A DNA stretch of 64,000 bases from Gemmatimonadales bacterium (GTDB lineage: Bacteria > Gemmatimonadota > Gemmatimonadetes > Gemmatimonadales > GWC2-71-9). The notes below the pieces were generated by a model that saw only the letters and a list, made by a program, of their open reading frames with translations, was not told where the DNA came from and did not search any database. Location of the stretch: contig JBFGDF010000003.1 of assembly GCA_041580775.1 (NCBI GenBank), positions 2,806-66,805 on the forward strand, written 5' to 3'. This document shows positions 53,410 to 63,086 of this stretch, one piece after another (within the stretch, counting starts at the first letter, position 1; each line of letters opens with the position of its first letter). A program made the translations under genes and the position numbers.

Positions 53410-56144
53410 GGCTTCGCGTCCATCCAGTTGTCGCCCACGCTGACGTCCGCCACGAGCGGCACCCGCAGGCGCGCGGCACCCTCCATGTGCTCGCGCACCA
53501 ACGCCCGCACCGTGGACACCTCGTCGTCTGGCGCTTCCAGCACGAGCTCGTCGTGCACCTGGAGCAGCAGGCCCGCCCGCAGGCGCGCGCCTCGCAGGGC
53601 CTCCGCCAGACGGACCATCGCGATCTTGATGAGGTCCGCGGCCGAGCCCTGCATCGGCGAGTTCATCGCGGTCCGTTCGCCAAACGCGCGCACGTTCCGG
53701 TTGCGGTCCTGCAACTCTGGAATGTAGCGTCGCCGACCGAACAGCGTTTCGACGAACCCCTGCGCCCTGCCCCGCTCGACCGTCTCGTCCAGAAACCGCC
53801 GAACCCCGGCAAACCGCTCGAAGTACGTGGCAATGAACGCGCGCGCCTCGTCCTGGGAAATGCCCAGCTGCCCGCTCAGCGCGAAGGCGCCCTGCCCGTA
53901 GATCGTCGCGAAGTTGATCGTCTTGGCACGCGCCCGCATCTCTGGCGTCACCGCTTCGACCGACACGTCGAAGATGATCGCCGCCGTCTCGCGATGGATG
54001 TCACCCCCCCGGCCGAACGCGGTAATGAACGCCTCGTCCCCGGACAGATGAGCCAGCACACGCAGCTCGATCTGGGAGTAGTCCGCCACCACGAGCCGAC
54101 GGCCCGGGGCGGCGACGAAGCAGCGGCGGATTTCTTCCCCGCGCGCCGTTCGCACGGGGATGTTCTGCAGATTCGGGTCGGCGGACGAGAGCCGGCCCGT
54201 CGCCGCGCCGGCCTGGTTGAAGGTCGTGTGGATGCGTCCGGTGGCCGGGTTCACACGCTGGGGCAATACGTCCACATAGGTCGACCGCAGCTTCGTGAGC
54301 TCGCGGTACTCCAGCAGCAGGGCCGGGGTCGTGAAGCCCATCCCGGCCAGCTGCGCGAGCACGTCGGCATCCGTCGACGCGCCGGTCTTGGTCTTCTTGA
54401 CGATGGGCAGCTGGAGCTTCTCGAACAGCACGTGGCGCAGCTGGGGCGTGCTGTTGATGTTGAAGTTCATGCCGGCATCGGCATGGATGCGCCGCTCGAG
54501 GTCCTGCAACTCCTCCCCGAAGCGGCGGGACAGGGCCGCAAGCCCCGCGAGATCCACGGCGATGCCGCGCCACTCCATGTCCACCAGCACGCGGACCAGC
54601 GGCAGTTCGATCTCCCGCAGGAGCCCGTCCAGCCCGGCGCTGGCGAGTTCCGGCTCCATCGCCACGGCCAGGCGGTGGATGGTGCGGGTCGCCGTCGCGA
54701 GCGCCCGCGCGGCCTCTGCCGGCGCCACCTCCGCTGCCGGGCGCTCTGACCGGCCCCGGCCCAGCAGATCGGCCGGCGTCTGGACGTGCTGGCCGAGGCG
54801 CTCGAGGGCCATGACGTCCAGCGCGTAGCTGCGCTTGCCCGGCTCGAGCAGGAACCCCGCCACCATCGTATCGCCCGCGACTCCCGCGAGCTCGACCGTG
54901 GCGCCGCGCAGCGTAAGGCAGTCCGCCTTGACGTCGTGGCCCAGCTTCGGCACCGCCGGATCGCCCAGCAACTCCCGCAGCGGTCGCAGCGCCTCGTCGC
55001 TGAGCGGAGGCAGGTTGTCCGGATCGGTGGCGCCAAGCTCCGCCGGCGCCCGATGCGCGAACGGGAAGTAGAAGCTCTGCGCCACGCCCGTGAGGCAGAG
55101 ACCGACCAGTCGCCCGGAGCGCCGGTCCAACCCGTCGGCCAGCGTCACGACGGCCAGCGGCGCCTCGCGCCGCAGGGTGGTCATCACGTCGGGCAGCGTG
55201 GCAGGGTCGGTGACGAGGTCACGGGTCACCGGCGGCGGCGCGGTGGGCGCCGCCAACTGCGGGAGCAGCGAGTGGAACTCGAGCTCCGTAAACAGCGCCG
55301 CCAGCGCCTCACGGTCCGGCGTGGCGGCGGCGAGCGCGGCCAGGTCGCCGCGCACCGGCACGTTGCGCCGGATCGTGACCAGCTCCCGGGACAGGCGCGC
55401 GTTGTCGGCGTAGGCGAGCAACGCTTCGCGCGGACGCTTCCCCGCCACCTCGCCCGCGTGGCGCAGGATGTTGTCCAGGTCGCCGTACGCCTCGATCAGC
55501 GCCCGCGCCGTCTTGTCCCCCACACCGCGGACCCCGGGCACGTTGTCGGACGAGTCCCCCACCAGGGCGAGGTAGTCCACCACCCGTTCCGGCGGGACGC
55601 CCAGTCGCTCGGCGGCGTTCCCGGCATCCACCCACACCTCATCCACGGCCGCCGGTCCGCCGCGTCCCGGGTTGAGCAGTGCGATGTGCTCCGAGACGAG
55701 CTGGTAGAAGTCCTTGTCGCCCGAGATGATGACCGCGTCCCACCCCTGGTCGACCGCACGCTGCGCCAGCGTGCCAATGACGTCGTCCGCCTCATACCCG
55801 TCTTCGACGACGAGCGGCACGCGGAACGCGGAGAGGAGTTGCTCGACCCGCTCAAGCGAGCGGTCGAACACCTCCTGCAACTCGGGCTCGAGCTTCTCCC
55901 GCGTCGCTTTGTACTCCGGGAACACCTCGTGGCGGAACGAGGTCCCTGCGTCGTGAACCCAGGCAAGGTAGTCGGGGTGATGCCCGCGCAGCAGGCGCAG
56001 GAGGAAGTTGGCGACGCCCCACGCTACGGAGGTGTTCTCGCCTTTGCTGGTGGTGAGCGGGCGGCCGATCATGGCGAAGAACGCCCGGTAGATCAGCGCG
56101 TATCCGTCGACGAGAAAGAGCCGTGGGCGCGCGGCGTGAGCCAT
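53406..56144 (-). CDS. polA: DNA polymerase I
   Basis: The 5'-nuclease N-terminus is LFLVDGYALIYRAFFA. Family-A polymerase motifs DYSQIELRVLAHLSGDE and LLLQVHDELVLEAP are present. Length is 912 aa. Confidence 0.95.
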   Translation of the reverse strand: MAHAARPRLFLVDGYALIYRAFFAMIGRPLTTSKGENTSVAWGVANFLLRLLRGHHPDYLAWVHDAGTSFRHEVFPEYKATREKLEPELQEVFDRSLERVEQLLSAFRVPLVVEDGYEADDVIGTLAQRAVDQGWDAVIISGDKDFYQLVSEHIALLNPGRGGPAAVDEVWVDAGNAAERLGVPPERVVDYLALVGDSSDNVPGVRGVGDKTARALIEAYGDLDNILRHAGEVAGKRPREALLAYADNARLSRELVTIRRNVPVRGDLAALAAATPDREALAALFTELEFHSLLPQLAAPTAPPPVTRDLVTDPATLPDVMTTLRREAPLAVVTLADGLDRRSGRLVGLCLTGVAQSFYFPFAHRAPAELGATDPDNLPPLSDEALRPLRELLGDPAVPKLGHDVKADCLTLRGATVELAGVAGDTMVAGFLLEPGKRSYALDVMALERLGQHVQTPADLLGRGRSERPAAEVAPAEAARALATATRTIHRLAVAMEPELASAGLDGLLREIELPLVRVLVDMEWRGIAVDLAGLAALSRRFGEELQDLERRIHADAGMNFNINSTPQLRHVLFEKLQLPIVKKTKTGASTDADVLAQLAGMGFTTPALLLEYRELTKLRSTYVDVLPQRVNPATGRIHTTFNQAGAATGRLSSADPNLQNIPVRTARGEEIRRCFVAAPGRRLVVADYSQIELRVLAHLSGDEAFITAFGRGGDIHRETAAIIFDVSVEAVTPEMRARAKTINFATIYGQGAFALSGQLGISQDEARAFIATYFERFAGVRRFLDETVERGRAQGFVETLFGRRRYIPELQDRNRNVRAFGERTAMNSPMQGSAADLIKIAMVRLAEALRGARLRAGLLLQVHDELVLEAPDDEVSTVRALVREHMEGAARLRVPLVADVSVGDNWMDAKP

Positions 56145-56172
56145 CGTCGCAACAACTTAATCGCAACGCAAA

Positions 56173-56203
56173 CGCCCCGCCTGCGCAGGACGGAGGCGGG
56201 GCG
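56173..56203 (-). terminator. Rho-independent terminator of the cold-shock gene
   Basis: On the minus strand, a 10-bp stem CGCCCCGCCT/AGGCGGGGCG with an 11-nt loop is followed by TTTGCGTT. It lies 27 nt after the csp stop. Confidence 0.55.
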
Positions 56204-56229
56204 TGGAGACTCCGGGGTGAAGCCCGGCG

Positions 56230-56427
56230 TCAGACGGACACGACGTTCTTGGCGTACAGCCCGCGGTCACGAGCTTCGACGTCGTACTCGACGTCCTGGC
56301 CCTCGCGGAGGGTGCGGAAGCCCTCCATCTGGATCACGGAGAAGTGGACGAAGACGTCCTCCCCCGTTTCCTGCGCGATGAACCCATAGCCCTTGGCGTC
56401 GTTGAACCACTTGATCTTCCCCCGCAT
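56230..56427 (-). CDS. Cold-shock protein (CspA family)
   Basis: The sequence is [30 protein letters not shown]..., containing the RNP1 and RNP2 motifs. An AGGAGG SD sequence is present. Confidence 0.95.
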   Translation of the reverse strand: MRGKIKWFNDAKGYGFIAQETGEDVFVHFSVIQMEGFRTLREGQDVEYDVEARDRGLYAKNVVSV

Positions 56428-56459
56428 CGCTACGGCCTCCTGGAAGGTGGCGACCGGCT

Positions 56460-56489
56460 ATTGTGGCACGGCAACTCGCGGCCTGTCAA
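56460..56489 (-). promoter_or_regulatory. Sigma70-like promoter candidate for csp
   Basis: On the minus strand, TTGACA (56489-56484), an 18-nt spacer, then CACAAT (56465-56460). AGGAGG (56441-56436) and ATG follow. Confidence 0.45.
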
Positions 56490-56507
56490 GCGCGCCGGGC
56501 AGGCGTC

Positions 56508-58646
56508 TCAGGGGCCGGTCGCCGGCGGGTAGAGCGCGCGGTAGATCGTGCGGTGACGCAGCACGGCGCGGACATATCCCTGCGTTTCGGGATAGCTGAT
56601 TGCCTCGATGAAGCGTGCCGGGTCGGCGGCCGGCGCGCGTCGGAGCCACCGGCTCACCGGCGTGCCGCCCGCGTTGTACGCCGCCAGCGCCGGCACGACG
56701 GCGCCGCCGAAGCGCGTGAGCAGCCCCGCCAGGTGGGTCGTGCCCAGGTGGATGTTGGCATCGCCCACCGTGGCCATGCCGTCGGCCCACGGGACGGCGA
56801 GCCGCCGTGCCACGTCGCGCGCCGTGGTGGGCATGAGCTGCATGTAGCCCTGGGCGCCCGCCCGGGAACGCGCCGTCGCCAGAAACCATGATTCCTGGCG
56901 GATCAGACCCGCGACGAGATACGGGTCGAGGTTGGCTTTCGCCGCTTCCGCCTCCACGAGCTCCCGATCGGGCCAGGGATAGATCGCCCGAAGGACGCGC
57001 GGGTGGTTGAGCGTCAGCTGTCCCGCCGCGCGCCAGCCGAGCCGGATGGCGAGATTCGCGCGCCCCTGGGTCACGAGACCCTCCGCGACGTCGAGCATCG
57101 TGTCGGGGTCGTCCCACGCCCGCTCGAGCACCTCGCCGAGCAGCAGGCGAGCCTCCGCGTCCAGCCCCGCCGCGTCGAGCAGCGCGAGCTGCTCGAGCAC
57201 GGCGCGGGCCGCCGGCGCCGGCGTCCGTGGCAGCGGAGGCGCCACGACGGGAGCGGGCAGTTGGAGCTGGTCCCGAGCCAGCACGCCGTAGTATCCGAGC
57301 GAATCGGAGCGGGCGACCGTGGCCAGGGCCTCGCGCCCGCCTGGATCTCGGGCCGCGATCCGCAGCTGCGCCCGATGAAAGCGGGCCGCCAGTGCCTCCC
57401 GTCCGCCAGCGGCGATCTCGGCGTCGTAGTGCCGCTGGGCGCCGGCCGTGTCCGCCGCGGCGAGCGCCGCCCGGGCCAGTCGGAGGCGTGCCCGCGACGC
57501 GTACTCGTGGGCCGGCCACGTGCGGGCCACGGCCTCGAGCACGCTGTCGCTGGCAGTCAGGTCGCCGGCCAGGTACAGCGCGACCGGCGCGGCGGGATCC
57601 TGGGGCTGGTCGCTGGCGAATGCCCGCAGCGCGCGATCCGCCTCCGCCCGCGCACCAAGCCGGAGCAGGGCACGCGCACGCGGGAACTGCCCCGCCCGGC
57701 CGGCCAGCGCGTACGCGCCGAGTGCTTCCCGGCGTCGTCCCGCGCGCTCGAGCCATTCGCCCCACGCGAGGATCGTCTCCACGGTACTGTCGCCCGCGCT
57801 GACCGCGGCGCCGGCAGCGTCCGCCGCGGTGCGCCACTCCCCCGCGCGCGCGGCCGCGCGGGCGAGCGCCACCCAGTCCCCCGCGTCGCGCGGCGCGAGG
57901 TGCTCTCGCCACAGCGTCAAGCCGATGCGAAGATCCGCGGTATCCGTCCCGACCAGCGCCGCGCGGGCATACGCCCGGGCCGCCGCCGAGTCCCGGCGGG
58001 CGAGCGCGAGCTCCGCGGCCCGGGCAGGCTGTCCGGCCCGGGCAAGATGGCGCTCGGCCCCCGCCATGTCGCCCAGTTCCAGACGGATGCGGGCCCGGAT
58101 GGCGTCAGCCATGCCGGCCGCGGCCACCGGGACGTAGGCCAACAGTGCCTCCACCTGGGCGCTGTCGGATCGGACGCCTGCCTCACGGAGGGCAAGCCAC
58201 CCGGCGAGCTCGGGCAGCACCGCGCGGGCCCGCTCGTAGTAACGGGCGGCGCTGTCGTTCCGACCGTCGATCTCGAATTGCGCCGCAGCGCGGGCGGCAA
58301 GCACGCCGGCCATTCGCCCCGCCGCCTGCTCGCTCGCGTCGGCAAACGCTCGCGCCGCACGGCGCGGACGGCCCTCGCGCACGGCCACCATGCCCGCGAG
58401 GGCAAGCCGGGTCGTGGCATCGAGCTGGCCCTCATGTCGCTCCAGCAGCAGGCGGGCCTGCGCCGTGCGACCGATGGCGAGCTCGGCCACGACCGCGTCC
58501 GCCGGCGCCGGGCGGGCCCCGGCCGGCGTGTTCGCGGCGCGCCACGCCTGCGCGACATGCCACGGCTCCGCCACTCGCCAGGGCCACACCGCACCGTCTT
58601 GGGCGGAAACGGCAGTGGCCCGGAGCATCAGCAGCCCTCCGACCAC
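56508..58646 (-). CDS. Soluble lytic murein transglycosylase (Slt70-like)
   Basis: The C-terminal SLT domain has LIRQESWF, AQGYMQLMP and AAYNAGG, preceded by a long superhelical Ala/Arg-rich N-terminal region. The start is uncertain (GTG 58646 or ATG 58628). Confidence 0.8.
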   Translation of the reverse strand: MVGGLLMLRATAVSAQDGAVWPWRVAEPWHVAQAWRAANTPAGARPAPADAVVAELAIGRTAQARLLLERHEGQLDATTRLALAGMVAVREGRPRRAARAFADASEQAAGRMAGVLAARAAAQFEIDGRNDSAARYYERARAVLPELAGWLALREAGVRSDSAQVEALLAYVPVAAAGMADAIRARIRLELGDMAGAERHLARAGQPARAAELALARRDSAAARAYARAALVGTDTADLRIGLTLWREHLAPRDAGDWVALARAAARAGEWRTAADAAGAAVSAGDSTVETILAWGEWLERAGRRREALGAYALAGRAGQFPRARALLRLGARAEADRALRAFASDQPQDPAAPVALYLAGDLTASDSVLEAVARTWPAHEYASRARLRLARAALAAADTAGAQRHYDAEIAAGGREALAARFHRAQLRIAARDPGGREALATVARSDSLGYYGVLARDQLQLPAPVVAPPLPRTPAPAARAVLEQLALLDAAGLDAEARLLLGEVLERAWDDPDTMLDVAEGLVTQGRANLAIRLGWRAAGQLTLNHPRVLRAIYPWPDRELVEAEAAKANLDPYLVAGLIRQESWFLATARSRAGAQGYMQLMPTTARDVARRLAVPWADGMATVGDANIHLGTTHLAGLLTRFGGAVVPALAAYNAGGTPVSRWLRRAPAADPARFIEAISYPETQGYVRAVLRHRTIYRALYPPATGP

Positions 58647-58663
58647 GATGCGCGCCCAGCGGC

Positions 58664-60034
58664 TCAGCTGCGGCTCCGGATGCTGTTGAGCACGCGCTGA
58701 TACTCCGCGCGCGAGGTGGGGGTGAGCCGGAAGCGGCCGAAGCCCGTGTCGTCGACGAAGTCGAGCGTGAGGCGCTGCCCGAGGTAGTTCCAGCGGACGA
58801 TGCGGCGCGTGCCCTGGAGGTCGGAACTCGAATCGAAGATCTCGTCCGGCTCGCCGAGCGTGATGAACACCTCGCCCCGGTCCGTCAGCCACCCCGCGTC
58901 TCCGGTCTCGCGGAAGCGGGTGTTCGCCTCCTGGACACGGCGAAAATAGAGCTCCAGGGCCTCGTTCTGCGGGGTGAGGGGGTTGGGATCGGTGGCCCGC
59001 CAAAACGCTCGCCACAGGGCCGGGCGCTCCGTCGGATCGGCGGCGCGCATCTCGCCGATCGCCCGGTCCTGTCCGAAATACCGTAGCAGCGACAGCACTT
59101 CATCGAAGTTGGTGATCGCCCACTGCTCCGAGAAGCTCACCAGCGCGGCCGCGACCCGGGAGGAATCGCCCGTGGCCTGGACGCGCGCCACGGCCCGAAG
59201 CTCGCCGACCGGGAGCTGGTCGGGGCTGAGGGTGACGACGGCCGCCGCCAGCTGTGGCGTGCCCGCGAGGGCCACCTCGCCCGACCACACTTCGAGGCCG
59301 CCGTCGACCGTCACGCGCACGGCCACCGGTGTCCCCGCTGGATACCCGTAGCCCTCGAGATACACCCGGAGCGTGTCGAGCCCGAAGGGCACCGTGGCCC
59401 GCGGGTTCAGCAGGACCCGGGGGGCCTCGGTACGCGCGGTGCGGGGCTCGACGCGATACACCGTGACGACATCGGAGAGTCCACGCGGACCGACGCGCGG
59501 CACGGCGATCTGGCGCTCGGCGCGGCCCACGGCCGTGCCGTACTCGTCCCGCACCGTCACCACCGCATCGTACGCCCCCGGCGGCACCTGCAGGAACTGC
59601 TGGAAGATGATGCTCTCGTCCGCGCGCCGCGCCTCGTCGCGCGACCCAACCCGAACGGTTTCTTGGGAGGCGGCCCGGGCGAGGACACTGCCGGCGCGCC
59701 GCAGCACAACCTCCGCCTGGTAGCGCGCTTCCAGCACCTGTCCCGCCTGCCGAAACGACAAGGCGCTGTTCGCCATGGAGAGCCCGAACAGCGCGAGCGT
59801 GGTATCGGGCGACGGGGTGGCCAGGTACCGGAGGCTCGCGACGAACGGCAGGGGTGGGCCCGCTGCGAAGAAGCCCATCCGGGTGTACAGTGCCGCGGGG
59901 TTGAACAACTGCGGCACGACGACCGACGGATCGGGTCGCGTGTCGCTACCCACGCGTTGCCACTGGCAGGCCGCGGTCGCGGCCACCGTCGCGAGCGTGA
60001 GACCGAGCACGTCGCGGCGCAGGAGGGGGCCCAT
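58664..60034 (-). CDS. GWxTD-domain protein (lipoprotein-like N-terminus)
   Basis: The signature GDAGWLTDRGEVFITLGEPDE is present. The N-terminus ends in TAAC. Confidence 0.85.
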   Translation of the reverse strand: MGPLLRRDVLGLTLATVAATAACQWQRVGSDTRPDPSVVVPQLFNPAALYTRMGFFAAGPPLPFVASLRYLATPSPDTTLALFGLSMANSALSFRQAGQVLEARYQAEVVLRRAGSVLARAASQETVRVGSRDEARRADESIIFQQFLQVPPGAYDAVVTVRDEYGTAVGRAERQIAVPRVGPRGLSDVVTVYRVEPRTARTEAPRVLLNPRATVPFGLDTLRVYLEGYGYPAGTPVAVRVTVDGGLEVWSGEVALAGTPQLAAAVVTLSPDQLPVGELRAVARVQATGDSSRVAAALVSFSEQWAITNFDEVLSLLRYFGQDRAIGEMRAADPTERPALWRAFWRATDPNPLTPQNEALELYFRRVQEANTRFRETGDAGWLTDRGEVFITLGEPDEIFDSSSDLQGTRRIVRWNYLGQRLTLDFVDDTGFGRFRLTPTSRAEYQRVLNSIRSRS

Positions 60035-60093
60035 GCTGGTATCTAAGCCCCCGACTTGCAGGAGTTCAAGACCGTGCAGTAGTTTCGGGCGCC

Positions 60094-61035
60094 ATGCCCG
60101 CTGAGAACCTCGCCGGTCGAACCATCGCGTCGTATCGCCTCCTCGAGCGAATCGGGGAAGGTGGGACGGCCACCGTCTATCGCGCCGAACACCCCGAGCG
60201 CGGCCAATGTGCCGTGAAGATCCTCCGGCAGCGCTCGCGGTCCGATCCCGTGGCCGTCAAGCGCTTCTTGCGCGAAGCCGGCTACGGCGCCCGGGTCCAG
60301 CACGCGAACGTCGTTTCCACGTTCGAGTATGGGGAGCAGGAGAGCCTCTACTACCTCGCGCTGGAATGGGCGGAGGGGGAGTCGCTGGCTGATTACGCGC
60401 AGCGCAACGGTCCCCTCAAGCCGGACGTCGTGGCGCCGATCATCAGCCAGCTCGCGGGCGCGCTCGCGGCTGCGCACGCCGCGGGCATCATCCATCGGGA
60501 CCTCAAGCCCGAGAATATCGTGTATGACCCCGCCACCGGGGTCGTGAAGCTGCTCGACTTCGGCATCGCGCGGGACCAGCAACAGCCGGAGCAGGAACGC
60601 CTCACCCGCACCGGGTTCTTCGTGGGCAGCCTCAATTACGTGGCCCCGGAGGCGCTCTCGGGCGCGCTGGTGGACGAAGCGGCCGACATCTACAGCCTGG
60701 CGACCATCGCGTACTTCCTGCTCACCAAGGAACACCCGTACGCCGGTCGCTCGCCGCGCGAGGTCTTCCAGGCGCTGCTCACCGAGCCGCCGGCGCCGCT
60801 CCGGACGACCCCGGCGGGGAGCCGGTTGTCCCCGGCCATCGAGGCGGCCGTGATGAAGGCGCTCGCCCGGGAGCCCGCGGAGCGGCATCCCACGGTCGAA
60901 GCGTTCGCCGCAGAGCTCGCACGTGCGGCCCGCGACGCGCCCGCGGCGCCGGCAGCCTCCAAACCGCCCCCGCCCGCCGGAGGTCTGCTCGGGTCGCTCC
61001 GCTCGCTTCTCGGGCGGAAGCCACCCGCCTCGTGA
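60094..61035 (+). CDS. Ser/Thr protein kinase (cytoplasmic, no sensor domain)
   Basis: Motifs present are GEGGTATVY, AVKIL, HRDLKPENIV, DFGIA and APE. Confidence 0.9.
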   Translation: MPAENLAGRTIASYRLLERIGEGGTATVYRAEHPERGQCAVKILRQRSRSDPVAVKRFLREAGYGARVQHANVVSTFEYGEQESLYYLALEWAEGESLADYAQRNGPLKPDVVAPIISQLAGALAAAHAAGIIHRDLKPENIVYDPATGVVKLLDFGIARDQQQPEQERLTRTGFFVGSLNYVAPEALSGALVDEAADIYSLATIAYFLLTKEHPYAGRSPREVFQALLTEPPAPLRTTPAGSRLSPAIEAAVMKALAREPAERHPTVEAFAAELARAARDAPAAPAASKPPPPAGGLLGSLRSLLGRKPPAS

Positions 61036-61592
61036 CACCCCCGGATCCCGCGCGGACCGAACTGATCGCCCTGCTTCGCGACCGCTCCTTCCGGCGGGGG
61101 GACTTCACCCTCGCGTCCGGTCGCCGGTCACCGTACTACATCGACGCCCGCCTCACCACGATGTCCGCCCGCGGCCTGTCCCTGGTGGGCACGCTCGGGC
61201 TTGCGGCGATCCGGACAGCGGGATGGACCCCCTCCCTAGTCGGTGGGCTGACCCTGGGGGCGGATCCTGTGGCCTATGCGATCGCCGCCGCCAGTGATCG
61301 CGACCCGCCGACGATCGACGGCTTCACGGTGCGCAAGGAAGCGAAAGCGCACGGTACTGGACGGCGTCTTGAGGGTCCGTTTCAATCCGGCGCGTCCGTG
61401 GTCGTGGTCGAGGACGTGGTCACGACCGGCGGGTCCGCCTTGGCCGCGATTACGGCGGTCACCGAAGCGGGCGGCGCAGTGGTGGGTGTCCTCGCGGTGG
61501 TGGACCGCGAGGAAGGTGGCCGCCAGGCCATCGAGGCCGCCGGCCACCCGCTCCTCGCTCTCGTTCGGCTCGCCGACCTCTCCGGCGTCTGA
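61032..61592 (+). CDS. pyrE: Orotate phosphoribosyltransferase
   Basis: FTLASGRRSPYYID and the PRPP loop VVVVEDVVTTGGS are present. The GTG start overlaps the kinase stop (GTGA). Confidence 0.9.
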   Translation: MTPPDPARTELIALLRDRSFRRGDFTLASGRRSPYYIDARLTTMSARGLSLVGTLGLAAIRTAGWTPSLVGGLTLGADPVAYAIAAASDRDPPTIDGFTVRKEAKAHGTGRRLEGPFQSGASVVVVEDVVTTGGSALAAITAVTEAGGAVVGVLAVVDREEGGRQAIEAAGHPLLALVRLADLSGV

Positions 61593-61615
61593 GCCGGGTG
61601 CCCCGCCCGGGCGAA

Positions 61616-62476
61616 CTACGGGCCGCGTCCGACGGCCACCCCGTTGTGGTTCAGAGGATGGAAGGCGCGCAGCGTCGCCCGGTACGGGGTGAACAACCGC
61701 TCCCGGAGTCCCTCGATGGCAGACGCGAGGCTGGTACGGCGCCGGAACTCGGACGCGGTCAGCCCCGTGATGGCCCGCAGGTGTCGGCCGAAGCTCTGCG
61801 GTGACGAGTACTCGAGCCGATAGGCAACGTCCGAGACCGAGAGGCCCCGCATCTCCAGCAGCGCGGCCACATAGGTCAGCCGAACGTGTGCGAGATACTG
61901 CTTGGGGGACGGCAGCCCGGCGCGGAAGAACCGTGACATGAAGGTGCTTGGGTGCAGCCCGAAGTGGCGACACAGACCCCGCACCGTCGCGACGCCTGGC
62001 GCGAGCCGGACGAGCGACTGGAAACAGAGGCGGCAGTCATCGGGCGCCTCGTCGAGTTCGGGCATGACGCGGGTGAGAATGGCCGCCGCCGTCGGCGAGT
62101 TGGGACGCGCCAGCAGCTCGCGGAGAGACGTCCAGCCCTCGCGCTGGCTCAGATCCAGCACGCGGCGCACCCCGGAGGCGCCAAGGTCGAGCAGCCGTTC
62201 GGTCGACCGGGGATCGTGGCGCGACACGACGGCCAGCGTGGATATCGCGGGAAACCCGTGGACGAGGCTCGCGACGTTCGGGATCTGATTCCGCGGGACG
62301 AACCCCGCCGAGAGCAGCACGGCATCGACCGGGCGCTCGCGCACGGCCCGGATCGCCTCCGGGACGGACTCCGTGTGGATGGTGCAGAACTTCCCGCCCG
62401 CCGCGGCATCGATCCGCGTGCGGCTCGGGGGCTCGAGCACCGTGGCGATCGTGGGAGTAACTGGGGCGGTTGGCAT
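61616..62476 (-). CDS. AraC-family transcriptional regulator with receiver-like N-terminal domain
   Basis: The C-terminal HTH is SVSDVAYRLEYSSPQSFGRHLRAITGLTASEFRR. ATG 62476 lies 8 nt after AGGAG. Confidence 0.8.
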   Translation of the reverse strand: MPTAPVTPTIATVLEPPSRTRIDAAAGGKFCTIHTESVPEAIRAVRERPVDAVLLSAGFVPRNQIPNVASLVHGFPAISTLAVVSRHDPRSTERLLDLGASGVRRVLDLSQREGWTSLRELLARPNSPTAAAILTRVMPELDEAPDDCRLCFQSLVRLAPGVATVRGLCRHFGLHPSTFMSRFFRAGLPSPKQYLAHVRLTYVAALLEMRGLSVSDVAYRLEYSSPQSFGRHLRAITGLTASEFRRRTSLASAIEGLRERLFTPYRATLRAFHPLNHNGVAVGRGP

Positions 62477-62603
62477 ACGCACGGCTCCTGGTGCATCCGG
62501 CGTGCAGACTGCCGCGCGCCGCTCAACCGGGCGTCAACGTCTGACCCGCACGGCTGAATACCGGGTGCCGTCCTTGCCGGGCGGCGCATTTGCGTGCCGA
62601 CGC

Positions 62604-62632
62604 TAGGCACGGCCCCCGGCACCGGCTATCTT
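62604..62632 (+). promoter_or_regulatory. Possible rnpB promoter
   Basis: TAGGCA (62604-62609), a 17-nt spacer, then TATCTT (62627-62632). The inferred RNA 5' end lies about 7 nt downstream. Confidence 0.3.
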
Positions 62633-62638
62633 CCCGGT

Positions 62639-63017
62639 GGAGGAGACCGGCGGGGTGTCACGGTCGCAGCCGGTTCCCACGGGAATCGGTTGAGGAAAGT
62701 CCGAGCTCCACAGGGTTGGCTGCCAGGTAACGCCTGGGCGCCGCAAGGCGACGGACAGGGCCACAGAAAACAGACCGCCCGCACAGTGCGGGTAAGGGTG
62801 AAACGGTGGGGTAAGAGCCCACCGCACGCCTGGTAACAGCGCGTGGCACGGTAACCCCCAGCCGGAGCAAGGCCAAATAGGCGGCGAGGTCCGACCCGGA
62901 CCGATCGAGCCGCGGGTAGGCCGCTAGAGGTGCCGGGTGACCGGCATCCCAGAGAGATGACCGTTGCGCCCCTCGGGGCGAACAGAACTCGGCTTACGAC
63001 CCCGCCGGTCGCCCTCC
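62639..63017 (+). ncRNA. rnpB: RNase P RNA, bacterial type A
   Basis: Universally conserved P4 strands are present: GAGGAAAGTCCGAGCTCCACAGGG (from 62692) and ACAGAACTCGGCTTA (62982-62996). GGGTAAGGGTGAAACGGTGGGGTAAGAGCCCACCG is also present. The ends GGAGGAGACCGGCGGGG and CCCCGCCGGTCGCCCTCC pair as P1. Boundaries are good to a few nt. Confidence 0.92.
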
Positions 63018-63086
63018 ACATCGCCATCCTGCTCGGCGATCACCGACCCGCTTCCTCGTCGCGGCATCCCGCCGCCCCGGACCGCC

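Noticed and set aside
56458-58700. Long ORFs 56458..57912 (minus, alternative frame) and 57003..58700 (plus) over the transglycosylase gene.
   Set aside because: Only frame 56508..59015 (minus) yields the SLT domain motifs (LIRQESWF, GYMQLMP, AYNAG). The others are Arg/Gly/Pro-rich shadow ORFs.
60035-60093. Promoter-like TTGCAG-N18-TAGTTT upstream of the Ser/Thr kinase gene, suggesting a near-leaderless transcript.
   Set aside because: The match to consensus is weak and I have no way to validate it from sequence alone, so it is not reported as a feature.
62594-63086. Several short ORFs (62594..62836, 62603..62827, 62626..63027, 62658..62876) and the 5' extension of ORF 62964..63899.
   Set aside because: They overlap the RNase P RNA gene, whose conserved P4 and other elements explain this sequence. 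The lipoprotein gene is better started at ATG 63087.
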